DNA of 64,000 bases from Actinomycetales bacterium UBA1383 (GTDB lineage: Bacteria; Actinomycetota; Actinomycetes; Actinomycetales; Actinomycetaceae). The stretch is taken from NCBI GenBank assembly GCA_002305415.1, contig DBQX01000131.1, forward strand, positions 3,781 to 67,780, written 5' to 3'. Each line of letters begins with the position of its first letter. Position 1 is the stretch's first letter. The notes beneath the pieces are model-generated. The model was not told where the DNA came from, did not search any database, and worked only from the letters and a program-made list of their open reading frames with translations. Positions 17,504 to 31,799 of this stretch are shown here, in pieces. The translations under genes were made by a program, and so were the position numbers.

Positions 17504-19409
17504 GGACCACCTCCTCCTTGCGCGCGCTGCGCTCCCGCTGGAGGGCTCGCAGCACCATGGCCAGGGCGCGGCCCTCCCCGCGGGGCACCCGGAGGAGCAG
17601 GGTGTCGTCCACCGGCCCCAGCACCTCGAGCCCGGCGGGCCCCCGCGCCGCGACTGCCGCCGCGATCGCGCCCAGCTCCGCCGCCGGACCCGTGAGCCGG
17701 AAGAGGCGCCACGCCGGCGGGAACCGCAGGTCGGTGCGTTCCTCGAGCTCCCTGACCGCGAAGCCGGCGGGGTCCCAGCGCACGCACGCCTGCCCGAGCA
17801 CCGGGTCGGCGTCCCCGAGGATCAGGGCCGCGCCGCCGTCGGCAGCACTCCGGACGAGGGCGAGGGCGCTGAGCCACCGGTCGAGGGTGACGGTGGCGGC
17901 GGCCAGTTCGGGCCGTGCGGTGGCAACAGCGGCGTCGAGGATCAGCGCGCCGGAGTAGCCACCCGCCGCGACAGGCTCGGCGCCCGGCGTGGCGATCACG
18001 AGCGCGGGCGAGCCGTCCACGGTCCCGCTCACGCCCGCGCTCGCGTCGGAGCGGATCACACGCACGCCCGGGAAGGCCCGCGCGAGCTCCTCGCTGGTGC
18101 GGGCCGAGCCCACGCCGTGCGCGGTGAGCCGCGTGGACCCGCAGGAGACGCAGGCCAGGGCCTGGGGACGCCCACACCACCGGCAGGAGGCGGGTCCGGA
18201 ACCCGGGAGTTCGAGCGGGCCGCCGCAGTGCCGGCAGCGGACGCGGTGACCGCAGTCGGCACAGCGGATCGACCGCAACCAGCCGGAGCGGGGCACGTGG
18301 ACGAGGACGGGGCCGGCGCGGAGCGCGTCCCGCACCAGCCGGAACGCGATCTCCGGGAGCCGCGTGGGCGCGCCACGGAGGTCCTCCTCGTCAGGCACCG
18401 TGACCCGCGGAGTACGCGACCTGACGACGGCCCGTGGCGCGGTCACCGGCTTCGCCCAGCCATCGGCGATGAGTTGCTGCGCGGCCACACTCCGGCTGTA
18501 GCCGCCCACCACGAGCGCGCAGCCCCGTCGAAGGGCCATGACGGCGAGGGCTGACGGGTACGGTGCGCGGCGCTCGGTGAGGGTGTCGTCGTCCGGGTCC
18601 CACACGACCGCGAGACCGAGGTCAGGGACCGGTGCGAAGGCCGCTGAGCGGGTGCCGACCACCACGTCGGCGTGCCCACGGAGGATCGCGAGGAACGCGC
18701 GGTAGCGGGCTGCCGGTGGGAGGTCCGCGTGGTAGGTGGTGGTGGGCGCGATCGGGCCGAGGAGATCCGCGAGCTGTCCCGCCTCGCGGACGGTGGGGAC
18801 CACGACGAGGACGCGACGTCCGGACGCGAGGGTGGCCCGGGCGGCGACGGCGAGGTCGTCCATCCACGCGGGCCGCGACTCGCGGACGCCGGGGAGCGCG
18901 GTCCACACCGCGCGCGGGGTGGACCCCGTGGCCAGGTGTCGCAGCAGGGCGGGTCCGCCGGTGTACTCCTCCCACCCACCGTCCGGCGCGGGCACGCGCG
19001 CCACGTCGCGGGACGCGGGGTCGGCGGATTGCTCGACGCGGGCGTGTCGGGGCGGGACCGCGAGTCGAAGGACGTCCGAGACGGAGCCGGCATGGGTGAG
19101 CGCGACGTCGCGGCACAGCTGCAGCACGTCGGGGCGCAGCACGGGGACGTCCGAGACCAGGCGCGCCAGCGGGCTGAGCCGGCCGGGGTGCGACGAGGTC
19201 CGGGCGACGTCGACCACCCAGCCCCGCATCCTCCGGCCGGCGAGGGGGGCGATCACGCGGACACCCGCCGCCACGCCGTCCATGCCGTCCGGGATCTCGT
19301 AGTCGAACTCGCGGTCGAGGTGGGGGACGGGGGTGTCCAGGATCACGCGGGCGATCCGCACGGTGGCGTCCGCGAGATCGAAGAGCTCGTCCGTCACACC
19401 CTCATGCAA
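17475..19409 (-). CDS. priA: primosomal protein N' (PriA), actinobacterial type
   Basis: 644 aa. N-terminal 3'-DNA-binding/winged-helix region (ARVILDTPVPHLDREFDYEIP..G.RV.APL.GR...G.VV) and a Cys-rich zinc region (CADCGHRVRCRHCGGPLE...CRWCG...CVSCGS). It lies between metK and fmt as in mycobacteria. The track start is a TTG at 19409, and the GTG at 19397 is an alternative. Confidence 0.85.
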   Translation of the reverse strand: MHEGVTDELFDLADATVRIARVILDTPVPHLDREFDYEIPDGMDGVAAGVRVIAPLAGRRMRGWVVDVARTSSHPGRLSPLARLVSDVPVLRPDVLQLCRDVALTHAGSVSDVLRLAVPPRHARVEQSADPASRDVARVPAPDGGWEEYTGGPALLRHLATGSTPRAVWTALPGVRESRPAWMDDLAVAARATLASGRRVLVVVPTVREAGQLADLLGPIAPTTTYHADLPPAARYRAFLAILRGHADVVVGTRSAAFAPVPDLGLAVVWDPDDDTLTERRAPYPSALAVMALRRGCALVVGGYSRSVAAQQLIADGWAKPVTAPRAVVRSRTPRVTVPDEEDLRGAPTRLPEIAFRLVRDALRAGPVLVHVPRSGWLRSIRCADCGHRVRCRHCGGPLELPGSGPASCRWCGRPQALACVSCGSTRLTAHGVGSARTSEELARAFPGVRVIRSDASAGVSGTVDGSPALVIATPGAEPVAAGGYSGALILDAAVATARPELAAATVTLDRWLSALALVRSAADGGAALILGDADPVLGQACVRWDPAGFAVRELEERTDLRFPPAWRLFRLTGPAAELGAIAAAVAARGPAGLEVLGPVDDTLLLRVPRGEGRALAMVLRALQRERSARKEEVVRVQLDPSDL

Positions 19410-20605
<1,196 letters not shown>

Positions 20606-20609
<4 letters not shown>

Positions 20610-21814
20610 CGCGACATCCTAGCCACGCCGCGCAGGCGGGCGACCTCGTGGATCACGGCTCGGGCGACGTCGGCCTTCGAGCCCGCGGCCCGCGCCACCT
20701 CGCTACCGGCAGCGTCCAGCATCACGACGTCGTTGGGGACGTCGCCGAACCCCTTGGTGTCGGAGACCTCGTTGAACACCAGCAGGTCGGCGCCCTTCCT
20801 GCGGGCCTTGGCCTCGGCATGGGCACGGGGGGTGCCGGCATCGTCGCCGGTCTCCGCCGCGAAGCCCACGACCGTCTGGCCTGGTCTCCGGCGCGCCACG
20901 AGGCCGGCGAGGATGTCCGGCGTCTGCTCCAGCGTCAGGGCAAGACCGGTGTCCTTCTTCACCTTGTGGTCCGACGCGGCGGCGGGGCGGAAGTCGGCGA
21001 CGGCGGCGGCCATGACCACGATGTCGGCGTCCGCCGCACGCGTAACCATCCGCTCCGCGAGCTGGGCGGCGGTCTCGACGTGGGTCACCACGACCGGCAG
21101 TCCGGCGAGGAGGGCGCTGTCGACGTTGGCCGCCACCAGCTCCACCTCGGCGCCGAGCTGCGCCGCGGCGCGGGCGATCTCGATGCCCTGCCGGCCGGAG
21201 GAACGGTTCCCGATGAACCTGACGGGGTCGATCGGTTCGCGGGTCCCGCCCGCCGAGACCACCACTCGCGTGCCCCGCAGGACGGGCTCCGCGAGCAGGG
21301 CGAGGGCGGCCGCCGCGATCTCGGGCGGCTCCGGGAGCCGGCCGGGACCGGAGTCCGTGCCCGTCAGCCGGCCGGTTGCCGGCTCCAGGACGTGGGTGCC
21401 CCGGGCACGCAGCACCTGGACGTTGGCCCGGGTTGCGGGGTGCTGCCACATCTGGGTGTGCATCGCCGGCACGACGAGCACCGGGCAGGTCGCCACGAGG
21501 TAGGTCGTCCCGAGGAGGTCATCGGCGATGCCCGCGGCCGCACGAGCGAGAAAGGAGGCCGTCGCCGGCGCGACGACCAGCAGGTCGGCCCACGTCCCGA
21601 CCTCGACGTGCTCGGCCCCGGTCGTGTCCTCGAAGACCGAGGTGTGTGCCGGGTGGCCCGAGAGTGCCTCCCAGGTCGCCGTCCCCACCATTCGCAGCGC
21701 GTTCGCGGTCGGGATGACCCGGACGTCGTGACCGGCCTCGGAGAGGAGCCGGAGCAGGAGCACCGCCTTGTAGGCGGCGATGCCGCCCGTGACGCCGAGG
21801 GCGATCCGGGCCAT
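20606..21814 (-). CDS. coaBC: bifunctional phosphopantothenoylcysteine decarboxylase / phosphopantothenate-cysteine ligase
   Basis: Only the C-terminal 402 codons of ORF 20606..22711 are used. The ATG at 21814 ([29 protein letters not shown]) overlaps the rpoZ stop by 1 nt. It comprises the flavoprotein (CoaC) domain plus the CoaB domain ([25 protein letters not shown]). Confidence 0.93.
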
Positions 21815-22077
21815 CAGTCGGCGGTGGGTTCCATGCGCAGCATGCCCTCGTCGATCTCGCGCATCGCGATGGACAGCGGCTTGTCCTCCTGCGTCGCCGG
21901 CACCAGCGGGCCCACGAACTCCAGGAGGCCCTCCTGGAGCTGCGAGTTGTAGGAGTTGATCTGGCGTGCACGGCGCGCGGCGTAGATCACCAGCGCGTAC
22001 TTCGAGTCGACCTTCTTCAGCAACTCGTCGATGGGAGGGTTGGTGATCCCGGTGGGGTGGGCGACAGTACCTGACAA
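21814..22077 (-). CDS. rpoZ: DNA-directed RNA polymerase subunit omega
   Basis: 87 aa. [32 protein letters not shown] is a typical actinobacterial RpoZ sequence. Confidence 0.93.
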   Translation of the reverse strand: MSGTVAHPTGITNPPIDELLKKVDSKYALVIYAARRARQINSYNSQLQEGLLEFVGPLVPATQEDKPLSIAMREIDEGMLRMEPTAD

Positions 22078-22116
22078 GGCTGGGACCTTCCGTGTGTCTG
22101 CGGGGGCGAGCCCATG

Positions 22117-22695
22117 CTACCGCTCGGGCAGGCCGAGGAGCGACGCCAGCTGGATGACCGCCTGGTCGACGTCGTCGTTGACGACGACGGCGTCGAACTC
22201 GTCCTGCGCGGCGAGCTCCCGTTCGGCGGTGGCGAGCCGCCGGTCCCGCTCCTCCGGTCCCTCCGTCCCCCGCGACTCGAGCCGGCGCCGCAACTCGGGA
22301 AGGGACGGCGGGGCGAGGAAGACGGTCAGCGCCTCGGGCATGGTCTGCCGCACCTGACGGGCACCGTCGAGGTCCAGTTCGAGCAGGACGGGATGTCCCC
22401 CGGCGAGGTGCTCGAGGACGGCGTGGCGGATGGTGCCGTACTTGTGCAGCCCGTACACCTGTGCCCATTCGAGCATGTCCCCCGCTGCCACGAGCTCGTC
22501 GAACTCGCCCGGGGCGACGAAGTAGTAGTGCTCCCCGTCCACTTCTCCCGGGCGCGGCGGCCGGGTCGTCGCGGAGACCGACAGCCAGATCTCCGGGTAG
22601 CGATCGAGCAGGGCACGCACCACCGTGCCCTTTCCGACCCCGGACGGGCCGACGATCACGATGACGCGGGGGGAGCGAGCGAGCATGGGCGTCAT
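22117..22695 (-). CDS. gmk: guanylate kinase
   Basis: VIVIVGPSGVGKGTVVRALL...SVSATTRPPRPGEVDGEHYYFV...EWAQVYG..YGT are canonical Gmk motifs. Confidence 0.95.
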   Translation of the reverse strand: MTPMLARSPRVIVIVGPSGVGKGTVVRALLDRYPEIWLSVSATTRPPRPGEVDGEHYYFVAPGEFDELVAAGDMLEWAQVYGLHKYGTIRHAVLEHLAGGHPVLLELDLDGARQVRQTMPEALTVFLAPPSLPELRRRLESRGTEGPEERDRRLATAERELAAQDEFDAVVVNDDVDQAVIQLASLLGLPER

Positions 22696-22712
22696 TGTCC
22701 CATGCGCGCACC

Positions 22713-23024
22713 TCAGCCGAATCGCTCGACCAGCGCCTTGCGCTGGTGGGGCCCGAGCCCCCGGACGCGACGAGCCTCTGAGATCCCGATCTCCTCCATG
22801 ACGGACCTGGCGGTGGCGTGGCCGACCCCGGGCAGCGCCTCGAGCATCGCCATGACCTTCATCTTCGAGAGCGCCTCGTCGGTGTCCGCGTCGTCAAGCA
22901 TCTGGGAGAGGCTGACCGCGCCGCTCTTCAGACGGGTCTTCATCTCGGCGCGCTGGGCACGCGCAGCCGCAGCCTTTTCGAGCGCGGCCGTACGCTGTTC
23001 GGGAGTGAGTGCGGGAAGTGCCAT
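22713..23024 (-). CDS. mihF: actinobacterial integration host factor mIHF
   Basis: 103 aa. MALPALTPEQRTAALEKAAAARAQRAEMKTRLKSG..SLSQ.L......EAL.KMKV..MLEALPGVG...A...ME..GI...RR.RGLG..Q is the conserved MihF sequence. It sits between pyrF and gmk. Confidence 0.92.
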   Translation of the reverse strand: MALPALTPEQRTAALEKAAAARAQRAEMKTRLKSGAVSLSQMLDDADTDEALSKMKVMAMLEALPGVGHATARSVMEEIGISEARRVRGLGPHQRKALVERFG

Positions 23025-23102
23025 CGTGGGCTCCTGGATGATGACGGGGTGTCGGAAGAAAAAGTAGCGCGTCCCAGGAGCCGGATGGGTTGCTTTCGCA
23101 GG

Positions 23103-23930
23103 TCAGATGGCCATTCGCAGGGTGTCGGCCACCGCTGCTGCCGCGTCGCGGAGCCCGCCGGGTCCGCGTCCGAGCACAGACCGGGAGACCGAGGCGAGTA
23201 CGCGTCGTCCGGGCCCGAAGACACGGACGATGTCCTCCGGTGTCCCTCCCTGTGCGCCCACCCCCGGAGCGAGGATGAGCGCCCGGGTCGCCGCGAGGTC
23301 GAGGGAGAGCCGCGCGACGGCGTCGCCGACCGTCGCGCCGATGACGAGGCCGACCGGTCCCACCGGGTCGAAGGGTTCGTTGACGGCGCCAGCGGCGGCA
23401 CACAGCGACCCCGCGACGCTCCCCGCCTCACCGCGCGCGTGCTGCACCGAGGCGCCCTCCGGGTTGGAGGTGAGGGTGAGAATGAACACGCCCTTGTCGT
23501 GCGCCACCGCGAGGTCGATCGCGGGTGCCAGGGACCCGAAGCCGAGGAAGGGGCTGAGGGTGATGGCATCAGCCTCGAGGGGAGCACCGGGCGTGAGATA
23601 CGCCTGGGCGTAGGCCGCCATGGTGGACCCGATGTCACCCCGCTTCACGTCGAGGATCGCCACCGTCCCCGCCGCGCGGCAGGCCGCGAGCGTCTCCTCG
23701 AGCGCCGCGATCCCCGCTGCCCCGTGCCGCTCGTAGAAGGCGGACTGGGGTTTCAGCGCGGCGACCCGTCCCCCGAGTTGTTCGACGACGCGGAGGGAGA
23801 ACTCCCTGAGGCCCGCCGCCGAGTCGGGCAGGCCCCACTCGGCCAGGAGGGCCGGGTGGGGGTCGATGCCGACGCACAGGGGCCCGTGGTCCACCATCTC
23901 CGCGGCCAGCCGGGCGCCGAACCCGGTCAT
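23103..23930 (-). CDS. pyrF: orotidine 5'-phosphate decarboxylase (type 2)
   Basis: [16 protein letters not shown]...[12 protein letters not shown]...LE......[19 protein letters not shown] are type-2 PyrF motifs. The ATG overlaps the carB stop (ATGA). Confidence 0.93.
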   Translation of the reverse strand: MTGFGARLAAEMVDHGPLCVGIDPHPALLAEWGLPDSAAGLREFSLRVVEQLGGRVAALKPQSAFYERHGAAGIAALEETLAACRAAGTVAILDVKRGDIGSTMAAYAQAYLTPGAPLEADAITLSPFLGFGSLAPAIDLAVAHDKGVFILTLTSNPEGASVQHARGEAGSVAGSLCAAAGAVNEPFDPVGPVGLVIGATVGDAVARLSLDLAATRALILAPGVGAQGGTPEDIVRVFGPGRRVLASVSRSVLGRGPGGLRDAAAAVADTLRMAI

Positions 23931-26900
23931 CTGGCCATCCTGCCGTGGTACTCCTGCATGGATGTCACGCTGAACGGCTCGGAGAGGGTCTCGATCGCCT
24001 GGACTGCCGCGTTCAACTGGGCGACCGTGGTCACGATGGCCTTGTCCGACGCCGTCGTCGCGGTCCGGATCTCGTACCCGTCGACACGGGCGCCCTGCCC
24101 GTTCGGGGTGTTGATGACGATATCGATGCCACCCTCGCGGATCAGGTCCACGACCGTGGGCTCACCCCCCGGCCCGCGCCGTTCAGACGCCTTCCGGACC
24201 ACCTGGGCGGGAATCCCGTTCCGCCGCAGTACGGCGGCCGTTCCCTCCGTGGCGAGGATCCGGAACCCGAGCGCAACGAGGTGGGCGACGGGGAAGATGA
24301 TCGAGCGCTTGTCGCGGTCCGCCACCGAGATGAAGGCCGTCCCCCGGGTGGGAAGTCCGCCGTAGGCGCCGGTCTGCGACTTCGCGAAGGCTCGCGGGAA
24401 GTCGACGTCGATGCCCATCACCTCGCCGGTCGAGCGCATCTCCGGACCGAGGATCGTGTCCACCACCTTGCCGTCGCGGGTCAGGAACCGCCGGAAGGGC
24501 AGCACGGCCTCCTTCACGCAGATCGGCATGTCGAGGTCGACGCGGGTGAAGTCGAGCGCGGGCAGCAGGCCTTCCTCACGCAACCGGGCGATGGTGGTGC
24601 CCGTCATGATGCGGGCGGCGGCCTTGGCGAGCGGCACGCCGGTGGCCTTGGAGACGAAGGGCACGGTCCGGGACGCCCGGGGGTTCGCCTCGATGACGTA
24701 CAGGGCGTCACCCACAAGGGCGTACTGGATGTTGATCAGCCCACGTACCCCCACGCCGGCAGCGATGGCCTCCGTCGACTGCCGGATCCGGTCGAGGACC
24801 GCCTGGGCCAGGTGCACCGATGGCAGGACGCAGGCCGAGTCCCCGGAGTGGATGCCAGCCTCCTCGATGTGCTCCATCACCCCTCCGAGGAACAGTTCGA
24901 TGCCGTCGTAGAGGGCGTCGACGTCGATCTCCACGGCGTCGTCGAGGAAACGGTCGATGAGCAGGGGTCCGGTTGAGGCGCTCATGTCGCCGGCGCTGCG
25001 GTTCAGGTAGTCCCGCAGCTGGGGCTCGTCGTACACGATCTCCATGCCGCGGCCGCCGAGCACGTAGGACGGGCGGACCAGCACCGGGTAGCCGATCCGG
25101 GACGCGACGGCGACGGCCTCGAGCGCCGAGGTGGCGGTGCCGTAGGCGGGTGCCGGCAGGCCGGCGGCGGCGAGGACCGCCCCGAACGCACCGCGATCCT
25201 CGGCGGCGTCGATGGCATGGGGCGGTGTCCCGAGAATCGGCACGCCGGCGTCCTCGAGCCGTTGGGCGAGCGCGAGGGGCGTCTGGCCCCCGAGCTGCAC
25301 GATCACGCCCGCGACCGGACCTGCGGCACGCTCCGCCTCGTACACCTCCATCACGTCCTCGAACGTGAGGGGCTCGAAGTACAGCCTGTCGGAGATGTCA
25401 TAGTCCGTGGAGACGGTCTCGGGGTTGCAGTTGACCATGACGGTCTCGAAGTCCCCGCGCAGGGTCATCGTGGCGTGGACGCAGGAGTAGTCGAACTCGA
25501 TCCCCTGGCCGATCCGGTTCGGCCCGGACCCGAGGATCAGCACCGCCGGGCGCTCGCGGGGCGCGACCTCCGTCTCGAGGTCCCAGCTGGAGTAGTGGTA
25601 GGGGGTGGAGGCCGCGAACTCCGCCGCGCAGGTGTCCACGGTCTTGTACACCGGGTGGAGGTTGTATGCCCGCCGGATCTCGCGCACGGTCACCTCCGAG
25701 AGCCCGCGGAGCTCCCCGATCTGGGCGTCGGAGAGCCCGTGCTTCTTGGCGAGGCGCAGGAGCGCGGGATCGATGGCGTCGGCCCTCTTCACGCGCCGCG
25801 CGACGTCGTTGACCAGCAGGATCTGGTCGAGGAACCACGGGTCGATGTGGGTCGCGGCGAACACGTCGTCGACCGACGCCCCGCCACGCAGTGCCTGCTG
25901 CACCTTGACGAGCCGGTCCTCGGTGGGGGTGGCGATCTCCACGAGGAGGCGGTCGACGTCGTCGCGGCCCGGGGGGTCGCCGCGCCAGTGGAAGGTCAGG
26001 CCGCGCTTGTCGATGGAGCGCATCGCCTTGCCGAGGGCCTCGGTGAAGTTCCGGCCGAGGGCCATGGCCTCCCCCACGGACTTCATGGTGGTGGTGAGCG
26101 TGGGGTCGGCTGCGCGGAACTTCTCGAAGGCGAACCGCGGCACCTTGACCACCACGTAGTCGAGCGTCGGCTCGAAGGAGGCAGGCGTCGAGGCCGTGAT
26201 GTCGTTGGGAATCTCGTCGAGGGTGTACCCGACGGCGAGTCGCGCGGCGATCTTCGCGATCGGGAAGCCGGTGGCCTTGGAGGCGAGCGCGGAGGAGCGT
26301 GAGACCCGCGGGTTCATCTCGATGACCACCACGCGTCCGGTCTCGGGATGGACGGCGAACTGGATGTTGCATCCCCCGGTGTCGACACCCACCTCACGGA
26401 TCACGGCGATCCCGATGTCCCGCAGCCTTTGGTACTCCCGGTCGGTGAGCGTCAGCGCGGGGGCCACGGTGACGGAGTCCCCGGTATGCACCCCGACGGG
26501 GTCCACGTTCTCGATCGAGCAGACGACCACCACGTTGTCCGCGCGGTCCCGCATCAGTTCGAGTTCGTACTCCTTCCAGCCGAGGATCGACTCCTCGAGG
26601 AGCACCTCGGTGGTGGGTGAGTAGTGGAGGCCGGCCCCCGCGATGCGGTCCAGTTCCTCGGGCGTGCGGGCGAGGCCGGAACCGAGCCCGCCCATGGTGA
26701 ACGAGGGCCGCACGACCAGTGGGTAGCCGAGTTCGGCGGCGGCCGCGTGGCACTCGTCGAGCGTGTGCGCGATCCGGGAACGCGCCGACTCGGCGCCACA
26801 GCGCTCCACCACGCGCTTGAACTGCTCCCGGTCCTCCCCCGCCCGGATGGCCTCCACGTTCGCGCCGATCAGCTCGACGCCGTAGCGGGCCAGCACCCCC

Positions 26901-27214
26901 GCCTCGTGGAGGGCGACAGCGGTGTTCAGCGCCGTCTGGCCGCCGAGGGTCGGCAGCAGCGCGTCCGGCCGTTCCTTCGCGATGATCCGTTCGACGACGT
27001 CGGGCGTGATGGGCTCGATGTAGGTCGCGTCGGCGAACTCCGGGTCGGTCATGATCGTGGCCGGGTTGGAGTTGACGAGGATGACGCGCAACCCCTCCTG
27101 GCTCAGCACGCGGCATGCCTGGGTGCCGGAGTAGTCGAACTCGGCCGCCTGCCCGATGACGATCGGGCCGGAGCCGATCACGAGGACGGAGTGCAGGTCG
27201 TGACGGCGTGGCAT
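23927..27214 (-). CDS. carB: carbamoyl-phosphate synthase large subunit
   Basis: ORF 23927..27421 trimmed to the ATG at 27214 ([33 protein letters not shown]), which overlaps the carA stop by 1 nt. At 1095 aa it contains duplicated ATP-grasp halves and a C-terminal MGS-like domain. Confidence 0.97.
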   Translation of the reverse strand: MPRRHDLHSVLVIGSGPIVIGQAAEFDYSGTQACRVLSQEGLRVILVNSNPATIMTDPEFADATYIEPITPDVVERIIAKERPDALLPTLGGQTALNTAVALHEAGVLARYGVELIGANVEAIRAGEDREQFKRVVERCGAESARSRIAHTLDECHAAAAELGYPLVVRPSFTMGGLGSGLARTPEELDRIAGAGLHYSPTTEVLLEESILGWKEYELELMRDRADNVVVVCSIENVDPVGVHTGDSVTVAPALTLTDREYQRLRDIGIAVIREVGVDTGGCNIQFAVHPETGRVVVIEMNPRVSRSSALASKATGFPIAKIAARLAVGYTLDEIPNDITASTPASFEPTLDYVVVKVPRFAFEKFRAADPTLTTTMKSVGEAMALGRNFTEALGKAMRSIDKRGLTFHWRGDPPGRDDVDRLLVEIATPTEDRLVKVQQALRGGASVDDVFAATHIDPWFLDQILLVNDVARRVKRADAIDPALLRLAKKHGLSDAQIGELRGLSEVTVREIRRAYNLHPVYKTVDTCAAEFAASTPYHYSSWDLETEVAPRERPAVLILGSGPNRIGQGIEFDYSCVHATMTLRGDFETVMVNCNPETVSTDYDISDRLYFEPLTFEDVMEVYEAERAAGPVAGVIVQLGGQTPLALAQRLEDAGVPILGTPPHAIDAAEDRGAFGAVLAAAGLPAPAYGTATSALEAVAVASRIGYPVLVRPSYVLGGRGMEIVYDEPQLRDYLNRSAGDMSASTGPLLIDRFLDDAVEIDVDALYDGIELFLGGVMEHIEEAGIHSGDSACVLPSVHLAQAVLDRIRQSTEAIAAGVGVRGLINIQYALVGDALYVIEANPRASRTVPFVSKATGVPLAKAAARIMTGTTIARLREEGLLPALDFTRVDLDMPICVKEAVLPFRRFLTRDGKVVDTILGPEMRSTGEVMGIDVDFPRAFAKSQTGAYGGLPTRGTAFISVADRDKRSIIFPVAHLVALGFRILATEGTAAVLRRNGIPAQVVRKASERRGPGGEPTVVDLIREGGIDIVINTPNGQGARVDGYEIRTATTASDKAIVTTVAQLNAAVQAIETLSEPFSVTSMQEYHGRMAR

Positions 27215-28404
27215 CACACCTCCTTGCGCCGCTCGCGCTCCGCGAGCATCAGGTCGATGAATCGGCCGAAGAGGTGCTCGGCGTCGTGGGGTCCGGCGGC
27301 TGCCTCGGGGTGGTACTGGACGGAGAACGCCGGGAGGTCGAGGGCACGCAGTCCCTCGACGACCCCGTCGTTCAGCGCGACGTGCGACACCTCGACGCGC
27401 CCGTACCGGCCGCCGTCCCACGGTGCGACCGAGGGCTCGTCGATGGGGGCGTCGACGGCGAACCCGTGGTTGTGCGCCGTGATCTCCACCTTCCCGGACG
27501 CGCGGTCGAGGACCGGCTGGTTGACCCCCCGGTGGCCGTACCCGAGCTTGTAGGTGCCGTAGCCGAGGGCGCGGCCGAGCAGCTGGTTGCCGAAGCAGAT
27601 CCCGAAGAACGGGAGGCGGGCGTCGAGGACACCGCGGAGGAGCTCCACCTCGTGGGTGGCGGCCTCGGGGTCGCCGGGGCCGTTCGAGAAGAACACCCCG
27701 TCGGGCTGGAACGCGAGGATCTCCGCCAGCGACGTCCCCTGGGGCACCACGTGGACCCGCGCACCCCGCTCCGCGAGCTGTTGCGGCGTGCGCGCCTTGA
27801 TGCCGAGGTCCACCGCGACGACCGTGCAGCGGACCGGTGTCCCCGGGGGCGGTTCGACGACGTACCCGACCCGCGTGGTGACCTCGCGCGCGAGGTCGGC
27901 GCCCGCCATGTGTGGGGAGCGGCGCACGACGTCAAGGAGCACCTCGACCGCCTGCGCGCCGCCGGCGTCGGCGCCCGCCGGCAGCGCGGGCCCGGAGAAG
28001 ATGCCCGCCCGCATGACGCCGCGCTCCCGGAGGTGGCGGGTGAGGGCGCGAGTGTCGACCTCGCAGATCCCGACGACGCCGTGCTCGACGAGCTCGTCCT
28101 CCAGCTCCCGCCGGGATCGCCAGTTCGACGCCCGCCGCGCCGGGTCGCGGACGACGTAGCCCGCGACCCAGATGCGCGTCGACTCGGGATCCTCGTCGTT
28201 GACCCCGGTGTTCCCGACGTGGGGCGCGGTCATGACGACGATCTGCCGGTGGTAGGACGGGTCGGTGAGGGTCTCCTGGTAACCGGTCATGCCGGTGGAG
28301 AAGACGATCTCGCCGACGGTGCGTCCGACGGCCCCGTAGGCCCGCCCCACCTGCATGTACCCGTCCTCGAGGACCAGGACGGCGCTCTCACGCTCGCGCA
28401 GCAC
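27214..28404 (-). CDS. carA: carbamoyl-phosphate synthase small (glutaminase) subunit
   Basis: LVLEDG....G...G..G...[33 protein letters not shown] and the GATase motif [10 protein letters not shown]...HNHGFAV. The GTG start is preceded by GGGAGGAGGA. Confidence 0.95.
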   Translation of the reverse strand: MLRERESAVLVLEDGYMQVGRAYGAVGRTVGEIVFSTGMTGYQETLTDPSYHRQIVVMTAPHVGNTGVNDEDPESTRIWVAGYVVRDPARRASNWRSRRELEDELVEHGVVGICEVDTRALTRHLRERGVMRAGIFSGPALPAGADAGGAQAVEVLLDVVRRSPHMAGADLAREVTTRVGYVVEPPPGTPVRCTVVAVDLGIKARTPQQLAERGARVHVVPQGTSLAEILAFQPDGVFFSNGPGDPEAATHEVELLRGVLDARLPFFGICFGNQLLGRALGYGTYKLGYGHRGVNQPVLDRASGKVEITAHNHGFAVDAPIDEPSVAPWDGGRYGRVEVSHVALNDGVVEGLRALDLPAFSVQYHPEAAAGPHDAEHLFGRFIDLMLAERERRKEV

Positions 28405-28416
28405 TCCTCCTCCCGC

Positions 28417-29714
28417 TCAGCCGGTCAGGGCGCCGGCGAGCACCGTTGCACGGCCACGCAGGAAGGTGGCCACGACCCGCCCGGGCAGCTCCATGCCGTG
28501 GTACGGCGTGTTGCGGGCCTTCGAGGCGAGCGACTCCCGGTCGATCACGCGGGTCGCGCGCGGGTCCACCAGTGTGACGTTGGCGGGTTCGCCCACCGCC
28601 AGGGGCCGGCCCTGGTCGGTGACGCGGCCGATCTCCGCGGGCTTCGTCGACATCACACGGGCGACGTCCGCCCAGGTGAGGCGCCCGGTGTCCACCATCG
28701 TCGACTGGACGACCGAGAGCGCGGTCTCGAGCCCGAGCATCCCGTTCGCCCCGGCGGCCCACTCGCAGTCCTTGTCCTCGTCGGCGTGCGGGGCGTGGTC
28801 GGTCGCCACGATGTCGATGGTCCCGTCCTCCAGGCCCTGGCGCACGGCCTCGACGTCCGCTGCGGTACGCAGCGGCGGGTTGACCTTGAAGACCGGGTCG
28901 TAGCTCCGCACGTACTCGTCGGTCAGGAGCAGGTGGTGGGGGGTGACCTCGGCGGTCACGTCGATCCCTCGGGACTTGGCCCACCGGATGATCTCCACCG
29001 ACCCGGCCGTCGAGACGTGCTGCACGTGGAGGCGCGAGCCGACGTGCCCGGCCAGGAGGACGTCACGGGCGATGATGGACTCCTCGGCCACGGCCGGCCA
29101 GCCCGCGAGCCCGAGCTCCGCGGAGACCAGGCCCTCGTGCATCTGGGAACCCTCCGTGAGCCGCGGGTCCTGGGCGTGCTGGACGATGACGCCGTCGAAG
29201 GCCTTGACGTACTCGAGAGCGCGCCGCATCAGCACGGGATCGGAGACGGCCTTGCCGTCATCGGAGAACGCGCGCACCCGGGCCGCTGAGGCCGCCATCG
29301 CGCCGAGTTCGGCGAGGTTCGTGCCCTTCAGCCCGACGGAGACGGCACCCACCGGGTGGACGTCCACCCAGCCCGCCTGCTGCCCGAGGCGCAGGACCTG
29401 CTCCACGACACCCGCGGTGTCGGCCACCGGGTCCGTGTTCGCCATGGGGTGGACGGCCGTGAAGCCGCCCAGCGCCGCGGCGCGGGTACCGGTCTCGACC
29501 GTCTCGGCATCCTCCCGGCCGGGCTCACGCAGGTGGGTGTGGAAGTCGACGAGTCCGGGGAGGGCGATGAGGCCCGCCGCGTCGATGGTCACCACGTCCT
29601 CGCGTCCCGCCGCGGCCGCCGCATCCGCACCGAGTGCCGCGATGACCCCGTCGTCCAGGAGCATGTCGGTGGTGTCGCCCCCGAGCGGGGCGACGCCGGT
29701 GATCAGGTAGGCGG

Positions 29715-29718
<4 letters not shown>
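28417..29718 (-). CDS. pyrC: dihydroorotase
   Basis: 433 aa. [18 protein letters not shown]...TG..AA..GGFTAV..M.NT.P and ...VATDHAPH are amidohydrolase metal-ligand motifs. The ATG overlaps the pyrB stop. Confidence 0.93.
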
Positions 29719-31265
<1,547 letters not shown>

Positions 31266-31319
31266 TCGTGGGTCAGCATAACGCCCGTCGCAGGCAGGGA
31301 ACGCCAACCGTCCGTCGTG

Positions 31320-31799
31320 TCAGGACGGGTCGATCCCCCGCAGGTCGAGCCGGAGTGCGGGACCCAGCACGCGGATCTTGTCGAGGATGGCGTTGACGAA
31401 CCGCGGGGATCCCTCCGTCGAGAGTTCCGCTGCCAGTTTGACGGCCTCGGAGATCACGACCGCGTCGTCGATCTCGTCGTCGAACAGCAGTTCCCACACC
31501 GCCATCCGGAGGATGGCCCGGTCGACTGCGGGCATCCGGTCCAGGGTGCGTCCGTGGGCGTAGGTGAGGAGGATGTCGTCGATGTCCTCGAGGTGGCCAG
31601 CCACCCCCTCGACCAGCTCAGCGGAGTAGGCAGGCAGCGGCGTCTCGGCAGCCGTGGTCGCGAGACGCTCCTGGAGGAGGTCGGAGAGGGCGAGGGGTTG
31701 GTAGCGGCCCCTCTGGTCGGCTTCGAACAGCACGTCGACGGCGCGGCGCCGGGCCTTGGTCCGGGCGGTCGCGCGTCGCTTCGGCCGTTCAGGGTCCAT
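31320..31799 (-). CDS. nusB: transcription antitermination factor NusB
   Basis: 159 aa. RRKARRRAVDVLFEAD........L........P....Y...LV.GV......ID..L........L.RM..VDRAILR.AVWELLF...I...V.I.EAV.LA.ELST..SP.FVN..L is the NusB pattern. The ATG overlaps the efp stop. Confidence 0.93.
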   Translation of the reverse strand: MDPERPKRRATARTKARRRAVDVLFEADQRGRYQPLALSDLLQERLATTAAETPLPAYSAELVEGVAGHLEDIDDILLTYAHGRTLDRMPAVDRAILRMAVWELLFDDEIDDAVVISEAVKLAAELSTEGSPRFVNAILDKIRVLGPALRLDLRGIDPS

